Virus record (IMG/VR): IMGVR_UViG_3300029305_003072
DNA: 64,000 nt
From: a virus
Lineage: Duplodnaviria > Heunggongvirae > Uroviricota > Caudoviricetes
Reading direction: 5' to 3' (one strand)
Position 1 is the stretch's first letter. The number at the start of each line of letters is the position of its first letter. The translations under genes and the position numbers were made by a program. Below, one piece after another: positions 1-11,332 of this stretch. Below the pieces are notes generated by a model. That model did no database searches. It saw only the letters and a list, made by a program, of their open reading frames with translations, and was not told where the DNA came from.

Positions 1-237
1 GGCACTGAAACATTTACTTTGGGATGCATGTATGTTGATAATGGGGGATTAGTTTTTGAAACTCCAAGAAGTGGTAATAGTACAGCTTATGCCCCTTTAC
101 CTTTTCGAGTAGCTAGTCGAGGTGGTTGGTAGAGTGGAAATTATGCTCCATTATATTGTCAAAAAGTTATTGTTCAGAACTATGGTAGCTCTCTCCCTTC
201 TTCTGGTGCAACTGGAGAGATATTTTATAAAACTTAA
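1..237 (+). CDS. 3' end of a probable virion/tail-associated protein (partial); one in-frame TAG
   Basis: Frame 1 is open from base 1: GTETFTLG...RGGW(TAG 130-132)SGNYAPLYCQKVIVQNYGSSLPSSGATGEIFYKT, TAA 235-237. Ends at a convergent terminator. Confidence 0.55.
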
Positions 238-251
238 AACTAAAAAAAAAT

Positions 252-289
252 AAGGCGAGATAGATGAAAATAATCATCTATCTCGCCTT
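252..289. terminator. Bidirectional rho-independent terminator
   Basis: 16-bp inverted repeat AAGGCGAGATAGATGA/TCATCTATCTCGCCTT with A/T tracts, between convergent genes. Confidence 0.8.
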
Positions 290-302
290 TTTGTTGTTTA
301 AT

Positions 303-647
303 TTATCCTGCAGCGTTATCACTAAATGACTCAGTTAATGGGTCATCATCATTCGTTTGCAACTATGCCATAACTGTTTCATATTTTATACCGCCTTGAG
401 TATTTTCTTTTTCTGCTTTTCGGTAATAGAAGCCTTGGCCGACAGCATATGCTCCCCAAGGAGCCATAGCCATTGCAGTTAACCAAGGTAATTCACCAAA
501 ATATTGATTTGAAATACATACAAAAGCGAGTATAATAAATGCAAGAGTCACAACCCATAAGAGAAGTGACTCTTGAATCAATAATCTTTTAGAGAATTCA
601 GTGTCTTTTTTAGGTGCGGGCTTTTGAGCAGTTTTGTTTTTATTCAT
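303..647 (-). CDS. Holin-like membrane protein, 114 aa if TAG=Gln
   Basis: Two hydrophobic segments, directly downstream of the endolysin. TAG 363-365 read-through gives an acidic tail ending at TAA 303-305. Confidence 0.6.
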
Positions 648-649
648 AA

Positions 650-3175
650 TTAAATTTTCTTAGTATAGTTAAGTGAAATCCAACCGGCGCCAGATTTCAA
701 TTTGCCCCAACCAGACTATTCTCCTACAATAGTATAAACTTGACCTTTTTTAACCTGAGTATTAATACGATACTAAACGCCTGCTCCCGCACGAACATTT
801 AATACATCAGCAACAATTTTAACTAAATAAGATTCAAACTCCGGTACTTTTGGAGCTGCTATACTATCTCCGTTATAAGGTAATAAATTAGTAGCATAAG
901 TCACACCAGTAATATCTCCAGAAGCTAAAGTAGAAAATACGACTTTACCGTCATCACGGATTTCACGCACATATAATTTCTTACCAAATAACCAAGAAGG
1001 AATGGAAGCACCAGAAGAATATTTTGCTCCATTTTTTAAAGATACTGCCTAACCTAATTGTAAATCATTTACAGCCTCAATGACTTCGTTTTTCTTTGGC
1101 TGTTCAGGATAAATAACTTCTCCTTTGGAATTGAAGACATAATATCCAATACCAGCTTTATCACAAGCATTTTTTGCATTTTGTAATTGACTATATGCTC
1201 CAATTTGACTTTTTGAATCTTCCCATGACTTTCTTACACGATACATTTCATTAGAGGGTGCGGCCGCAGGTACATCGTCCTTTTTATCGGGCTCAGCTGG
1301 TTCGATTACAGATACTTTAGTTCCCATTAAATCAGCAACATCTTGACGAGCAGTTTCCATTGATTTACCAAATTTAGGGAACCAATGATTAATATCACCA
1401 TGATTGGAGCCTAATCCTAACTTATAAGAATCTGCATGACATAAGATAGTTGGAACGTCAATACCATTAACACGGACGGTACCAAAAGGATCAATATCAA
1501 ACATATCACATAAATATGCAGTAATTTCACATGCCTCTTTATAGACTTTATCAAAATAGGTTTTATCAGTTAATCCATCTTCACAAATTTCAAACTGAAT
1601 CCAACCACTATTACAAGACCCTTTAGAACCACTACCACAACCCCAAGGCTTATAATCCCAAGGCATTGTCTATATAGTAGCAACAGTTCCATCAGCTAAT
1701 TTACCGATCCAACAATTTAATCCTGCTTGACGTTCAATATGATTCCAATCATTTTTATATTGATTTATACCTAATAATGCTAACATTTCCTCTTTATCAG
1801 AAGCATTGTCACTTGGTTGCACATAACGCTTTAAATTAGGGTTATTAGCACCAGTAGAATGCCATAAAACGCCTTTAACAGTCATTTTACTTGTTCCTTT
1901 ATAACAAGTGCTTTGAGTTTGCATGCATACAAGGGGTTTATTAGAAGCAGAATACTTCATTTTTCCGTTTCCTCCTTCTTTTGGGATTTCAATTTTAACT
2001 TCTTCTTTAACAGCATATTTGTCATAATATTTTTGACCATATCCTGCTCTCTTGTTTTGTGCGGCCTCGCTTTGATCGGCGGGACGCTCAAATTTTAATA
2101 ATACTGCATTAGAAGCTTCTAAAACAGATTTTGCTGTTTGTAAAGTAGTCCATACAGATTTGTAGCTAGTTGACAATTGGTGACATAGGAATTCCATCTG
2201 AGTAGTACCATCACCAATAGATTTTTTATTGGCTTGGAAATAAGTGAGCATTTCTTGCTTCAAACTCCAATAGGTCCATTGAGCCAAACCATAACCAGCT
2301 TTATCATTAATAAAGTTAGTATAAATTCCTGCATCTACTGCGGCAGTATATTCAGCATCACTCATACCAAGAGATTTTTCATAGGTCTGCTGTAAATTGC
2401 AAGGACGTAAACCAGATTCAGCAAAAAGATTTCCCATTAAACCAGCAATACCATAATCATTTAAGCCTTTAGATTTAAAATAATTCCACATTACTTTTTC
2501 ATCAATGGCATTTGTATTAACCTTAGAGGTATCAATGATTATAGCATTTTCTTCTTTCTCTTCTTTTGCTACTGGATATACAATTTCCCCCTTTGAATTA
2601 AAAACATAATAACCAACACCAGCTTTATCACAAGTCTTCTTTGCATTATCTAAAATGCTATATGCACCTAATTGAGATTTACTATCAGCCCAAGTTTTTC
2701 TTACTCGGTATAATTCTTTTTGAGGAGTAGCGGTTGTTACTGCGCCTCCAAAAGTAGTGCGTTTAGCTTGCGCTTGACCATACCAAAAAGATTTAGTAGT
2801 TCTAGTATCCACATGGACGAAGTGACCATCTTTATCAGTTTCATACAAACCAATGCCTAAAATACCAATAGATTCAGCATATTTGGCAATTTCGGCAGGT
2901 TTTACTCCTGTAATATAAATATCTGCAGCTTGGCCTTTCATATGACGAGAGCCAGTTGCTCCACCAACATTTTTATTATGTGTAGTACAACGATAAGCAG
3001 AACTTACATTTACAGGCTTGCCAAAATGGTCTCTGATTTTTTGTAAATATTCCACTAATTTGTCATCAACTAAAGTTTTAGAACAGCAACCAGATCCATG
3101 ACAGTCAAATTCAGTAGACTTAAAATTTGTGCTTAATTTAGTTGCAATTCCTTTTGTGTAAGTTTTTACAGCCAT
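650..3175 (-). CDS. Modular endolysin (peptidase M15, tail-lysozyme-like, amidase_2, C-terminal SH3b), 841 aa with 4 in-frame TAGs
   Basis: Track ORFs 1670-3196, 1049-1666 and 773-970 share one frame, separated by TAGs at 1670, 1049, 773 and 716. Read-through gives GKLADGTVATI-Q-TMPW (amidase) and VLNVRAGAGV-Q-YRI...GE-Q-SGWGKLKSGAGWISL (SH3b). Confidence 0.9.
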
Positions 3176-3246
3176 AAATATTCTCCCTTCTCTCAAAATT
3201 GATATGAAAAAACTAGGGTAGAAAAATCTACCCTAGTTGACATATA

Positions 3247-4503
3247 TTACATTTTCTCTGCAATTTTTGCAATTTTAGAACGGTGAATGTTTTTCAATGT
3301 AATTTCACCATATACATCTTCTCCGCGATATACTTGAGAGGCTCGTTTCATACCATTACTACTACCAGCGAAATGGATATCATCGACCTGTGCCTTACAG
3401 TCACCATCAATGATGCATACGCTATCTTCGCCAATTCGTTGTAGTGTTAGTTTCATCAATTCAATATCTAAGTTTTGAGCTTCTGAAATATAAATACCAG
3501 CATTCATACCAGAAGTGTCATAACCTCGAATATCAGATAAAGGTAATAAAACTAATTTCTCCTATTCAATCATTTGCTCGACCGCAACACGACCGCCAAA
3601 TTTACTAATTAGCAAATTACCGATCTGTGAGTCAAGTAATTTTTCATCGCGAGTACCAGGATAATAACCCAGTTTTGCAGAGTTTTTAGTTGCAACAGTG
3701 TTGCAAAATACAATAATACGGTCAATGCGGTTGCGCTCGAGTTTGTGCAACAGGAAGCCCAGACTAATGTAGGTTTTACCGGTTCCCGCAGGACCTTTTA
3801 TCATTGTGATTTTATTGTTATTCAAACTATCAAATGCCAACGCTTGATATACATCGCCCTTCATTGGTTTGACAGTTCCAAAATAATTGGAGTTGAAGTT
3901 TTCATAAGATAGACGACGATAGCCTGAACCAGTCCAACATAGTCTATCTGCGGGTTCTTCTGGAGCATCTGCATTATAAACGAGTAAATATTCATTGATA
4001 TGTAAATCAAACATATTTTTATCCATATTAGAATAAAACTCGCTCATTTTATCAGTATCCAAATAAACCTCTTTATAACCATCATAATCATATGATTCTT
4101 CTTCATATGATTCAACAGGCATATTTAAGCATACACGAGCTAAATGTTTGCAACATAAATCATTTGTTACAAATATGATTTCGTCTTCTGGCTTTAGCGA
4201 CTCCATAAAGGCATCTGCGCAAGCGAGAATTTTACTGTCTTCATTTACGGGTAATTGATATTCGTCAATGAAATCAGTAAGGGTATTATTCCAAATCATA
4301 ACTTTATAACTATTATAATGTTCATCTAATTCATGTACTACTTTTCGAGCAGCAAACTTTACATCGGGATCTTTGTTTGCAGAAGTCTTAATATGTTCTA
4401 ATTCTTCTAAAGTAATTGAAGAAATTACTATTTCAGAATCATCGTCCCATAAGTGATTAGCCTTCATCAACAAAGAGCAGGTATCATAAAACTTATACTT
4501 CAT
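3247..4503 (-). CDS. phoH: PhoH-family ATPase with N-terminal PIN domain; one in-frame TAG
   Basis: FYDTCSL PIN start and GPAGTGKT Walker A. TAG 3562-3564 read-through joins ...EQMIE-Q-EKLVLLPLSDIRGYD...ISEAQN...GDCKAQVD. Confidence 0.9.
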
Positions 4504-4744
4504 CATCATCGTCCTCTTCTTCTTCGTAGTCGTCCTCGCGGCAGAAACCGATCAGTCTCTTGGGAGTATCATCTTCGGCAGAGGCAGCCGCCTGACGCAT
4601 TTTGATATTGGTTAGGTTGATAATTTCGCTTTGTTTGGCTTTTTTCGCTTCCATCCAGGTAAGTACTAATCCGCTCAACCCATCAAGAAGTGGTATCGCA
4701 TAAGATACAAATAAAATACCAAGGATAAAATATAATAACTCCAT
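4493..4744 (-). CDS. Small membrane protein with acidic tail
   Basis: ORF with N-terminal hydrophobic helix and RBS. Confidence 0.6.
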   Translation of the reverse strand: MELLYFILGILFVSYAIPLLDGLSGLVLTWMEAKKAKQSEIINLTNIKMRQAAASAEDDTPKRLIGFCREDDYEEEEDDDDEV

Positions 4745-4787
4745 ATATATCTCCCCCTTATGTTATATGAGTATTAGGGGTTGATAA

Positions 4788-5216
4788 TTATTGATTTCTG
4801 GCCCGTAATCTTTGATAAAATTTATCTTTCTTGTCGATATATTCTTTGAGATATTTCTTTTCTTCTGCTAAATCCTAGCTAATTGTAGCTAATTCTTTTT
4901 CAATCGCCCCAATCTGACTTCGCAACATTTTCGCTTCGTAAGATTTTGGATTGAAATGTTTACTGGTTTGCATATTACTATATAAATGACGCAAAACATC
5001 GAGCTTAGGTTGAATCTCATGGTCGCGCTTGAAGCGCAATGCCTTGATATATGCGCGAGCCTCTGCAATGCAGCAACCAGTACGCTCGCTAATCATATCC
5101 ATATCATCGGGGTGACATTTAGCACCACCTTCAAATGCCTATCCATTACAAATCATCAGACATCTTGCATATCCCAACTTTTCATCAAAAGCAAATTCAA
5201 TATATTCGTGTTTCAT
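4788..5216 (-). CDS. Hypothetical protein with 2 in-frame TAGs
   Basis: ATG 5216 follows an AGGAGA RBS and promoter; TAGs at 5139 and 4875; TAA 4788. Confidence 0.7.
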
Positions 5217-5486
5217 ATAAATCTCCTTTATTATAAGATATAATTATTATACCCAAAAAAATAGGAAAAGTCAAATTAGAGCATTTTGGAGAAAAAATTC
5301 CTATGGGCGATCGGAATCCCAGAAACGACCGACAACGAGAACCAACGACAAATAGCCCCAGGAATTTCTTCCTGGGGCTGGGATTCTATATTTACTTAGT
5401 CGTTAGCGGACACGAGGGCGATGATAGCCATGCCCAATCCCGCAGATAGCGGGATAATCCATAATAAATGGAGGGCACTAATCATA

Positions 5487-7007
5487 TTACACGTTATCAG
5501 AGTTGTCAGCCAACTTTGCACCCAACATACCGCTAATTACGGAAGTGGGATCAATGCCGGTGGAACCCTTGAAGCCTTCGATGATCTGGGTGATGTTAGC
5601 CATCATGTTGCCAGCCAGCTGACCGGAATCGTTACCAATCAGGTGGATGTTAGCGCCGTTGTAGCCCTGACCGATTGCCTCAGCAATCTTAGGCAGCTGC
5701 TCGTACAACACCTTAGTGGCTTCCAACTCCATCTGCTGACGAGCGGCGTCGCCGTACTGCTTCAGAGCTTCAGCCTTCTCAAGCATACCCTTTGCTTCAG
5801 CCTCAGCCTTAGCACGGATAGCTTCTGCTTCTGCCAGACCCTGGGCCTGTGCGGCAGCAGCCTTAGCCTTACCTTCGGCCTCGATAGCCTCAGCCAGGCG
5901 CTTCTGAGCCTCTGCCTCAGCAGTTGCCAGAGCAAGGTCGGCCGCAGCCTTCTTCTCAGCTTCGATACGAGCAGCTTCAGCCTGGCGCTCACGCTCATAC
6001 AGCTCGGCTTCCGCAGCCTTCTGTGCGGCGTAGGCCTTAGCATCAGCAGCCTGGGCTTCCGCATACTTCTTAGCGTCAGCAGTCTTCTTCACTTCTGCTT
6101 CCAGCTTACGCTCCTGGATAGCAACCTCACGCTCCTGCAGTTCAATTGCCTTCTCCTGACGAGCCAGGTTTGCCTCAGCTTCTGCGATTTCGCGAGCCTT
6201 ACGCTGGTTCTCAGCCTCGATCTGCTTTGCAGCGTCAGCCTTTGCCTGCTCGGTGTCAGCCTGGGCCTGCATAGCAGCCTTCTTTACGGCGAACTCAGTC
6301 TGCTTCTGAGCGATCTCGGTAGCAGCCTCAACCTTGGCGTCGTTAGCAGCCTTGTCAGCCTTTGCAGCCTCGATAGCAACTTCAGCCTTAGCCTTGGCGG
6401 CAGCGATCTGAGCTTCCTTCTTGATCTTCTCGATGTTCTCGATACCCAGGTCACGAATTACACCATTCTTATCAGAGAAGTTCTGAATGTTGAAGGTGGT
6501 CAGGTCGATACCCAGGTCAGCCAAGTTGGGAGTAACGTTCTCCTGGATCTTCTCCGCAAATGCTTTCTTATCGCCACGAATCAGATCTTCGAACTCGGTC
6601 TGGGAAATGATTTCACGGATGTTACCTTCCAAAACGGGGATAACAATGTCACGGATCTGCTGAATGCTGTAACCTGCAAACTTGGAAGCAGCGACTGCCT
6701 GGCGTTCGGGGTCCTTGGAGATAGCCATGTTCGCAACTGCGTCAACCAGCACGTGAATAGCGTCCTTGGTGGGAATTTCATTGCGGGAAGTAAAGTCAAC
6801 CTGGATATTTTCCAAGGTCATCTTCTGCGTCTTCTGCACCAGGGGGATAACGAAGATACCGCCGCCGGTCTTCTTCTTGACCTTACCCAGGCCGGATACG
6901 ATCAGAACCTCGTTGGTGCCCGCAACTTTCCAGCAGGACTTGATGAGGATGATGACGAAAATGACTGCGACCAGCACAATGCCGGCTGTGATAATAGTGG
7001 GAATCAT
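5487..7007 (-). CDS. Flotillin-like SPFH/band-7 protein
   Basis: N-terminal TM, SPFH core (EGNIREII...LADLGIDLTTFNIQNFSD) and long EA-rich coiled coil. Confidence 0.9.
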   Translation of the reverse strand: MIPTIITAGIVLVAVIFVIILIKSCWKVAGTNEVLIVSGLGKVKKKTGGGIFVIPLVQKTQKMTLENIQVDFTSRNEIPTKDAIHVLVDAVANMAISKDPERQAVAASKFAGYSIQQIRDIVIPVLEGNIREIISQTEFEDLIRGDKKAFAEKIQENVTPNLADLGIDLTTFNIQNFSDKNGVIRDLGIENIEKIKKEAQIAAAKAKAEVAIEAAKADKAANDAKVEAATEIAQKQTEFAVKKAAMQAQADTEQAKADAAKQIEAENQRKAREIAEAEANLARQEKAIELQEREVAIQERKLEAEVKKTADAKKYAEAQAADAKAYAAQKAAEAELYERERQAEAARIEAEKKAAADLALATAEAEAQKRLAEAIEAEGKAKAAAAQAQGLAEAEAIRAKAEAEAKGMLEKAEALKQYGDAARQQMELEATKVLYEQLPKIAEAIGQGYNGANIHLIGNDSGQLAGNMMANITQIIEGFKGSTGIDPTSVISGMLGAKLADNSDNV

Positions 7008-7052
7008 TTACAGTTCTCCTTTTTCATTATTGTTTTTTTCAAGGTACATATT

Positions 7053-7322
7053 TTAGCAGTGCCATTCGCACTTAACTAACCAATTGATTTTACGACCATC
7101 ACGATATCTCACCGCATGATCGTCATACCAACCGCGATCCATATTTTCAATCGCAGCCAGCGCTTCAGCCCGGTTCTTATACACAGGCTCTTTGTGGAAT
7201 GTCAAGTTGCCGTGATAGCCACTTGACTCTTGTGGGTCATAAGCGAAACGATTCAAATCTTTTTGAATTGCGTGTTCGCTAGTTCGGCAGGGATAGTCAA
7301 TATACTAAATCTAATGACTCAT
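7053..7322 (-). CDS. Hypothetical protein with 2 in-frame TAGs near the N-terminus
   Basis: AAAGGAGG RBS, then ATG AGT CAT TAG ATT TAG TAT..., in frame with track ORF 7053-7256. Confidence 0.7.
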
Positions 7323-7336
7323 TTTACTTCCTCCTT

Positions 7337-8050
7337 TCACCCGTAGTATCCGCCATCTGGCGGATCTCTTTTATATTTTTCACATCGTCTATCTCTAAAT
7401 AGACGATCGTGGCAGGTAAATTCATAGAGGCAGTGATGGCAGGTTTTCTATTCCTACGCAGTGGGATCGACAGTGACCGGAGCCTCATCAAGGAACTCTA
7501 GGCACTTAATTGTTTCCTGCTTCATAATTTCAATGGCATCATCCAGAAGAACTGGCTTATTGCCGTTGGAATCAAGTCCCACATGGAACATAAAAGGAGT
7601 GTCGTCATAGAACATCTTTTGCTGATGTGTATGACCGAACAGGTTGATAAGATGCATCTTGAGGTAAGGTGCCTTATCAAGGTTGGAAGTCATCGTAGGA
7701 TGATGACTCAGATAGAACTGGTACTTCTTGTACTTGATAACCTCAGCCCAGCCAAGCAACTCAACATTGGGAAGAGTCGCATATAGCTTCCAACGAGCGT
7801 CGGTGTCGTGATTTCCTCGGATCAGCTTAATCGTACCGTTGAGGCGCTTCACGCACTCAATACCATAAGCATTATCTCCGAGCATTAAGTCGCCGCAGTG
7901 ATAGACGATATCGTCCGGTCCGACAATCTCATTCCAGTTCTTGATAATTGCTTCATCGTGTTCTCTCGAACTTGTAAAGCCTCTTGGACCCCACAGGAAC
8001 TCTCGGTCATGACCGAAATGGGTGTCCGATGTAAGGTAGATCTCTCCCAT
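7337..8050 (-). CDS. Calcineurin-like metallophosphoesterase with Cys-rich C-terminal extension via 2 TAGs
   Basis: SDTHFGH, GD, GNHD and GHTH motifs. Read-through gives Q-E-Q-KTCHHCLYEFTCHDR...CEKYKRDPPDGGYYG, TGA 7337. Confidence 0.85.
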
Positions 8051-8052
8051 AC

Positions 8053-8547
8053 TCACACCTCCTTTATAGTACCATTTTCATCAACCACAAGGATGTGATC
8101 GAAGTGTTCTTGGCTCTTATCGGGATGCCGGTAAGAGTTATACATATTGTCAATTGCGGAAGCCGGTACTCGGGATCGGCCGGACCGCAAATTGTTACGA
8201 GCGTGGCAAACTGCCAAAGGAACATCGAAGCACACGCAAGTCAAATCGCAGATATTGTCCTTACGGATTCTTCGCAACACCTTATCACGAGAACGCTTGT
8301 TCAAGTGAGTAGCGTCGATGTAGATGGTATGAATTTCGTCCTTTTCCAAAGTCTGATTGATGTAATTGATAAAGGTATCAAACACATCATCCTCGTGGGC
8401 GAAATAGTCATCTTCGTCGGTCAGAATTGCAAATCTCACATTGTCTCGCGAGATCCACTCTGCACCAGGCACCAATCGACTTCTGATCCAAGTCGACTTA
8501 CCGGCTCCCGGCACACCCGACAAAAGAAATACTTGCTTCTGCTTCAT
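8053..8547 (-). CDS. AAA_33/PNKP-like polynucleotide kinase
   Basis: GVPGAGKST P-loop, ISRD, IDATHL and RxxRxxRxVP motifs. Confidence 0.8.
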   Translation of the reverse strand: MKQKQVFLLSGVPGAGKSTWIRSRLVPGAEWISRDNVRFAILTDEDDYFAHEDDVFDTFINYINQTLEKDEIHTIYIDATHLNKRSRDKVLRRIRKDNICDLTCVCFDVPLAVCHARNNLRSGRSRVPASAIDNMYNSYRHPDKSQEHFDHILVVDENGTIKEV

Positions 8548-8764
8548 TCTTATACACCCCGTTTGCAAAATTGTTCCGAAACTCTTCAACCTCATCAAAT
8601 GTCTTACATTCGATGTGATTTACCTCTTGCTTACAGTGGACACAGTAGAGCTTCTTTCAGTGCATCCCCTCGTGCTTGAAGCCTTGATTACGCATCAAGG
8701 GGATGCCCTTATTACCGCAATTGATACAGTAAAAACTGTGTTCCGCATAGCCACGCCGGGCCAT
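8498..8764 (-). pseudogene. Zn-ribbon protein interrupted by an in-frame TGA
   Basis: MARRGYAEHSFYCINCG...EGMH(TGA 8657-8659)KKLYCVHCKQEVNHIEC...; the two CxxC halves are in one frame. Confidence 0.55.
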
Positions 8765-8997
8765 TAGGAATTACTCCTAACAGTCACGGTATGACCGAAC
8801 AGAATGTGGCACAGCCACTGCAGACCAAAAGCCTGCCAGTAGCCAATCACCGGAAGTCCGAACAGACTCACTGCAATCCAGTTCCACAACCACATCGTAA
8901 TGGCGGGACCCAGGAACAACAGGGCAATCAGACCGATGATGATGAGAATAACAGTACCGCAACCGATATCGCTATTGCTCCAAGCATTTCTACTCAT
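8764..8997 (-). CDS. Small membrane protein
   Basis: Hydrophobic ORF, first gene after a promoter. Confidence 0.65.
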   Translation of the reverse strand: MSRNAWSNSDIGCGTVILIIIGLIALLFLGPAITMWLWNWIAVSLFGLPVIGYWQAFGLQWLCHILFGHTVTVRSNS

Positions 8998-9035
8998 TTT
9001 TTATTCATTCCTTTCCTCTCACATCTTACATATAT

Positions 9036-9064
9036 ATTATATCATATTTTTTTATAAAAATCAA
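9036..9064 (-). promoter_or_regulatory. Representative of a repeated strong sigma70-type early promoter (TTGATT-17nt-TATAAT, extended -10)
   Basis: Minus strand TTGATTTTTATAAAAAAATATGATATAATATATA. Near-identical copies lie at about 10560, 14896, 18333, 22409, 23752, 25947, 27624, 30700, 33296, 37227, 41356, 42498, 43132, 47985, 49526, 51389, 55818, 57708, 58214 and 58679, with variants elsewhere. Confidence 0.9.
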
Positions 9065-9066
9065 TA

Positions 9067-9780
9067 TTATAGAAATGGATCAGACATGAAGACATCCTCA
9101 TCCCAGGTATCCAGGTTCAGCAGAACGCAGATTCCCGTAAAGACGGCGCCGCAATCAATGCAACATTTGCGGCCATCCGCATACCAAAGTGCACCAGGTT
9201 CAATATCTCCCATCTTGCAACAGGGATCAATATCATCGAGCAGATATGGAATAGGCGTATGTCCATGAATGACGATTGCCTTCTGGAACATTTCATCTTC
9301 GGGCCAGGGGTCAAGGAAGTGATCTCTGTCCCAAAACAAATCTGTACCCCACGGCCAGCGCAGATTACCTTGATGATCCAGCGAAGGAGTAAATCCTGCG
9401 TGGGAGAGGTAAACAGTTTCACCTTGAGTGTTGACATATGTTGCCTTAGTGGGAAGGTCGGCTAACTTAGCCTTCCACTCTTTCCAATCGGGTTCTTCCA
9501 TAGCCTGTTCACAGGTCTTTTTACCTCCGTTACTACGAAGCAACGCCCAGGCAGAACCATAGCCATGACCCATAGCATTTACGAGCATATCCTCGTGGTT
9601 GCCTTTGAGGTAGATAAATTGAGGATCGTTCAAAACTGCCTTGATAGTTTCCCAGGGATGCGGACCACGATCACCAGCATCACCAAGAAAGTAAACCACA
9701 TCTTCGGGTTTCAACTGTTCTTTTATAGTTTTATAGAAGTGTAGCATACCATGAAAGTCGCTACACGCGTAAGTAGCCAT
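9067..9780 (-). CDS. Ser/Thr protein phosphatase-like metallophosphoesterase
   Basis: SDFHG, GDAGDRG, KGNHEDM, HAG, HGHTP and CIDCG motifs. Confidence 0.85.
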   Translation of the reverse strand: MATYACSDFHGMLHFYKTIKEQLKPEDVVYFLGDAGDRGPHPWETIKAVLNDPQFIYLKGNHEDMLVNAMGHGYGSAWALLRSNGGKKTCEQAMEEPDWKEWKAKLADLPTKATYVNTQGETVYLSHAGFTPSLDHQGNLRWPWGTDLFWDRDHFLDPWPEDEMFQKAIVIHGHTPIPYLLDDIDPCCKMGDIEPGALWYADGRKCCIDCGAVFTGICVLLNLDTWDEDVFMSDPFL

Positions 9781-9937
9781 TATTTCACCTTCTTCAAAAT
9801 AAACATATAGTGTTCGATTTTCATTTCCTTCATTACCTCATGGACTTCTTCATATCCAGAGGTCATAACACCACCAAATGGATGCTTTGTAATTTCTCCA
9901 TCTTTTTCGTGGAAAACAAATCCTTTTGCCTCGTACA

Positions 9938-10501
9938 TCACTTTGCCTCCTTGATATAATTCAAAATCTCATTTTTGAAAATCATAACAAAGGGCGGAAG
10001 GACTGCCTCGAGCGCCGCATCGGGCACGCTCGGATTCTCCAATAAGGCACGAACCGCAGTTGCACTGATATTCTGATAGCGATCGAGGAATTTGAAGCGC
10101 AAGCACCAGCGCTCGTCAGCACTGAACCAGCTCAGCATAATCTGCGGATTGTCACTGTAATAGATTGTCATATCGGTGTCGCGTGTCTTACTCAACATCT
10201 TCATATACAGATAACGACCCCAATCGTGAGTGTTATTGGTCTCATCACTTAGATCGTCCAGGGGAAAGATATGAATATGCTTCATTTCATCGGAACTGAA
10301 GACTTCGTGAATCGCACCCTCGATCAGCATCAGACGGAAATCAATAGGGATTGGATTTCGCACAGTACCTTTCTTATCAGCAGAGCCGACGAAGATATAG
10401 AGTTCTGCGCCATTTGCTCGACTATCTTCAAATGCCTTTTGGACCATATTCAAATGTCCTTTGTGAAACGGCTGTGCTCTAAATAAGATTACACCTGTCA
10501 T
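9938..10501 (-). CDS. NMN/NaMN adenylyltransferase-like nucleotidyltransferase
   Basis: RAQPFHKGH (HxGH) and ISATAVR motifs; lies in the NAD cluster. Confidence 0.8.
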   Translation of the reverse strand: MTGVILFRAQPFHKGHLNMVQKAFEDSRANGAELYIFVGSADKKGTVRNPIPIDFRLMLIEGAIHEVFSSDEMKHIHIFPLDDLSDETNNTHDWGRYLYMKMLSKTRDTDMTIYYSDNPQIMLSWFSADERWCLRFKFLDRYQNISATAVRALLENPSVPDAALEAVLPPFVMIFKNEILNYIKEAK

Positions 10502-10596
10502 TTATATCAATTCCTTTCTTATCCTTTATATATATATTATATCATATTTTTTTATAAAAATCAATAATACCCCCTCGAGTTGCGAGGGGGTATTTT

Positions 10597-10878
10597 TTAT
10601 TCTACATTTTCTAAATGACCTTCCCAGTCATCTTCTCCGTATATTACAATTTTATTTGTGGCATTGAGATATCCACCATCATAGTATAGGATACATTCTT
10701 TGATTGCGACGCCGAAAGCTTTACAATATTCCTCATAACTATCATACATTGTATCAACATAAGAGTGAAGAAATCGCTCAGCAGACTCTTTTGTATCAAA
10801 TTCTAGAGCCTTACCATCCCAACAAAGTGGTCCATTAGATTCATTAAAAATGTGCCACTTAAGTGATTGTATTGCCAT
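10597..10878 (-). CDS. Hypothetical protein
   Basis: ORF in operon context. Confidence 0.55.
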   Translation of the reverse strand: MAIQSLKWHIFNESNGPLCWDGKALEFDTKESAERFLHSYVDTMYDSYEEYCKAFGVAIKECILYYDGGYLNATNKIVIYGEDDWEGHLENVE

Positions 10879-11308
10879 AAATAAGCTCCTTTCTCAATTC
10901 CATGAGAAGCATACCCAACATATTACGACCAGGGATATTAAAACAAGCATCGCAATGACATGAACCCCAGGTATTGTCATGCCACCAATTGCCCTCAATT
11001 AACTCTTCATCACCAGTATCGATGAGCTTTTGAGCTAATTCTTGATCGGCAAATTTTAAGCGCAATCCAAGTTCCATGTAATAAACTTTTACTTTCTCCC
11101 AATCAGAGCGCAACTTAACTGTACGACCCATGCGCTTGGCTTTGCCGGGAGTATCAGCGGCCGCAATAGCCTTACGCTCAGCAATATCCAAAGTCTTCAT
11201 TGCTTGAAAGAAATGTTCGTTAGTGGGATACGTAATTCCATCATGGGTAAAGGGAGAGGGATAAAAATTGCTTAAAAATGCGTATTTATTTTCAAATTCG
11301 CAAATCAT
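10859..11308 (-). CDS. NADAR (YbiA-like) protein
   Basis: FLSNFYPS, TNEHFFQAMK, AKRMGR, LRSDWE, WHDNTWG and GRNMLG motifs. Confidence 0.9.
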   Translation of the reverse strand: MICEFENKYAFLSNFYPSPFTHDGITYPTNEHFFQAMKTLDIAERKAIAAADTPGKAKRMGRTVKLRSDWEKVKVYYMELGLRLKFADQELAQKLIDTGDEELIEGNWWHDNTWGSCHCDACFNIPGRNMLGMLLMELRKELIYGNTIT

Positions 11309-11332
11309 TCCGAACCCTCCTTGTAAATTAAT

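Noticed and set aside
5421-7079. Long plus-strand ORFs (also 12438-14393, 19313-20902, 30858-33203, 35736-36677 and 16347-17324)
   Set aside because: They are antisense shadows of strongly codon-biased minus-strand genes, with no RBS, promoter or recognisable motif.
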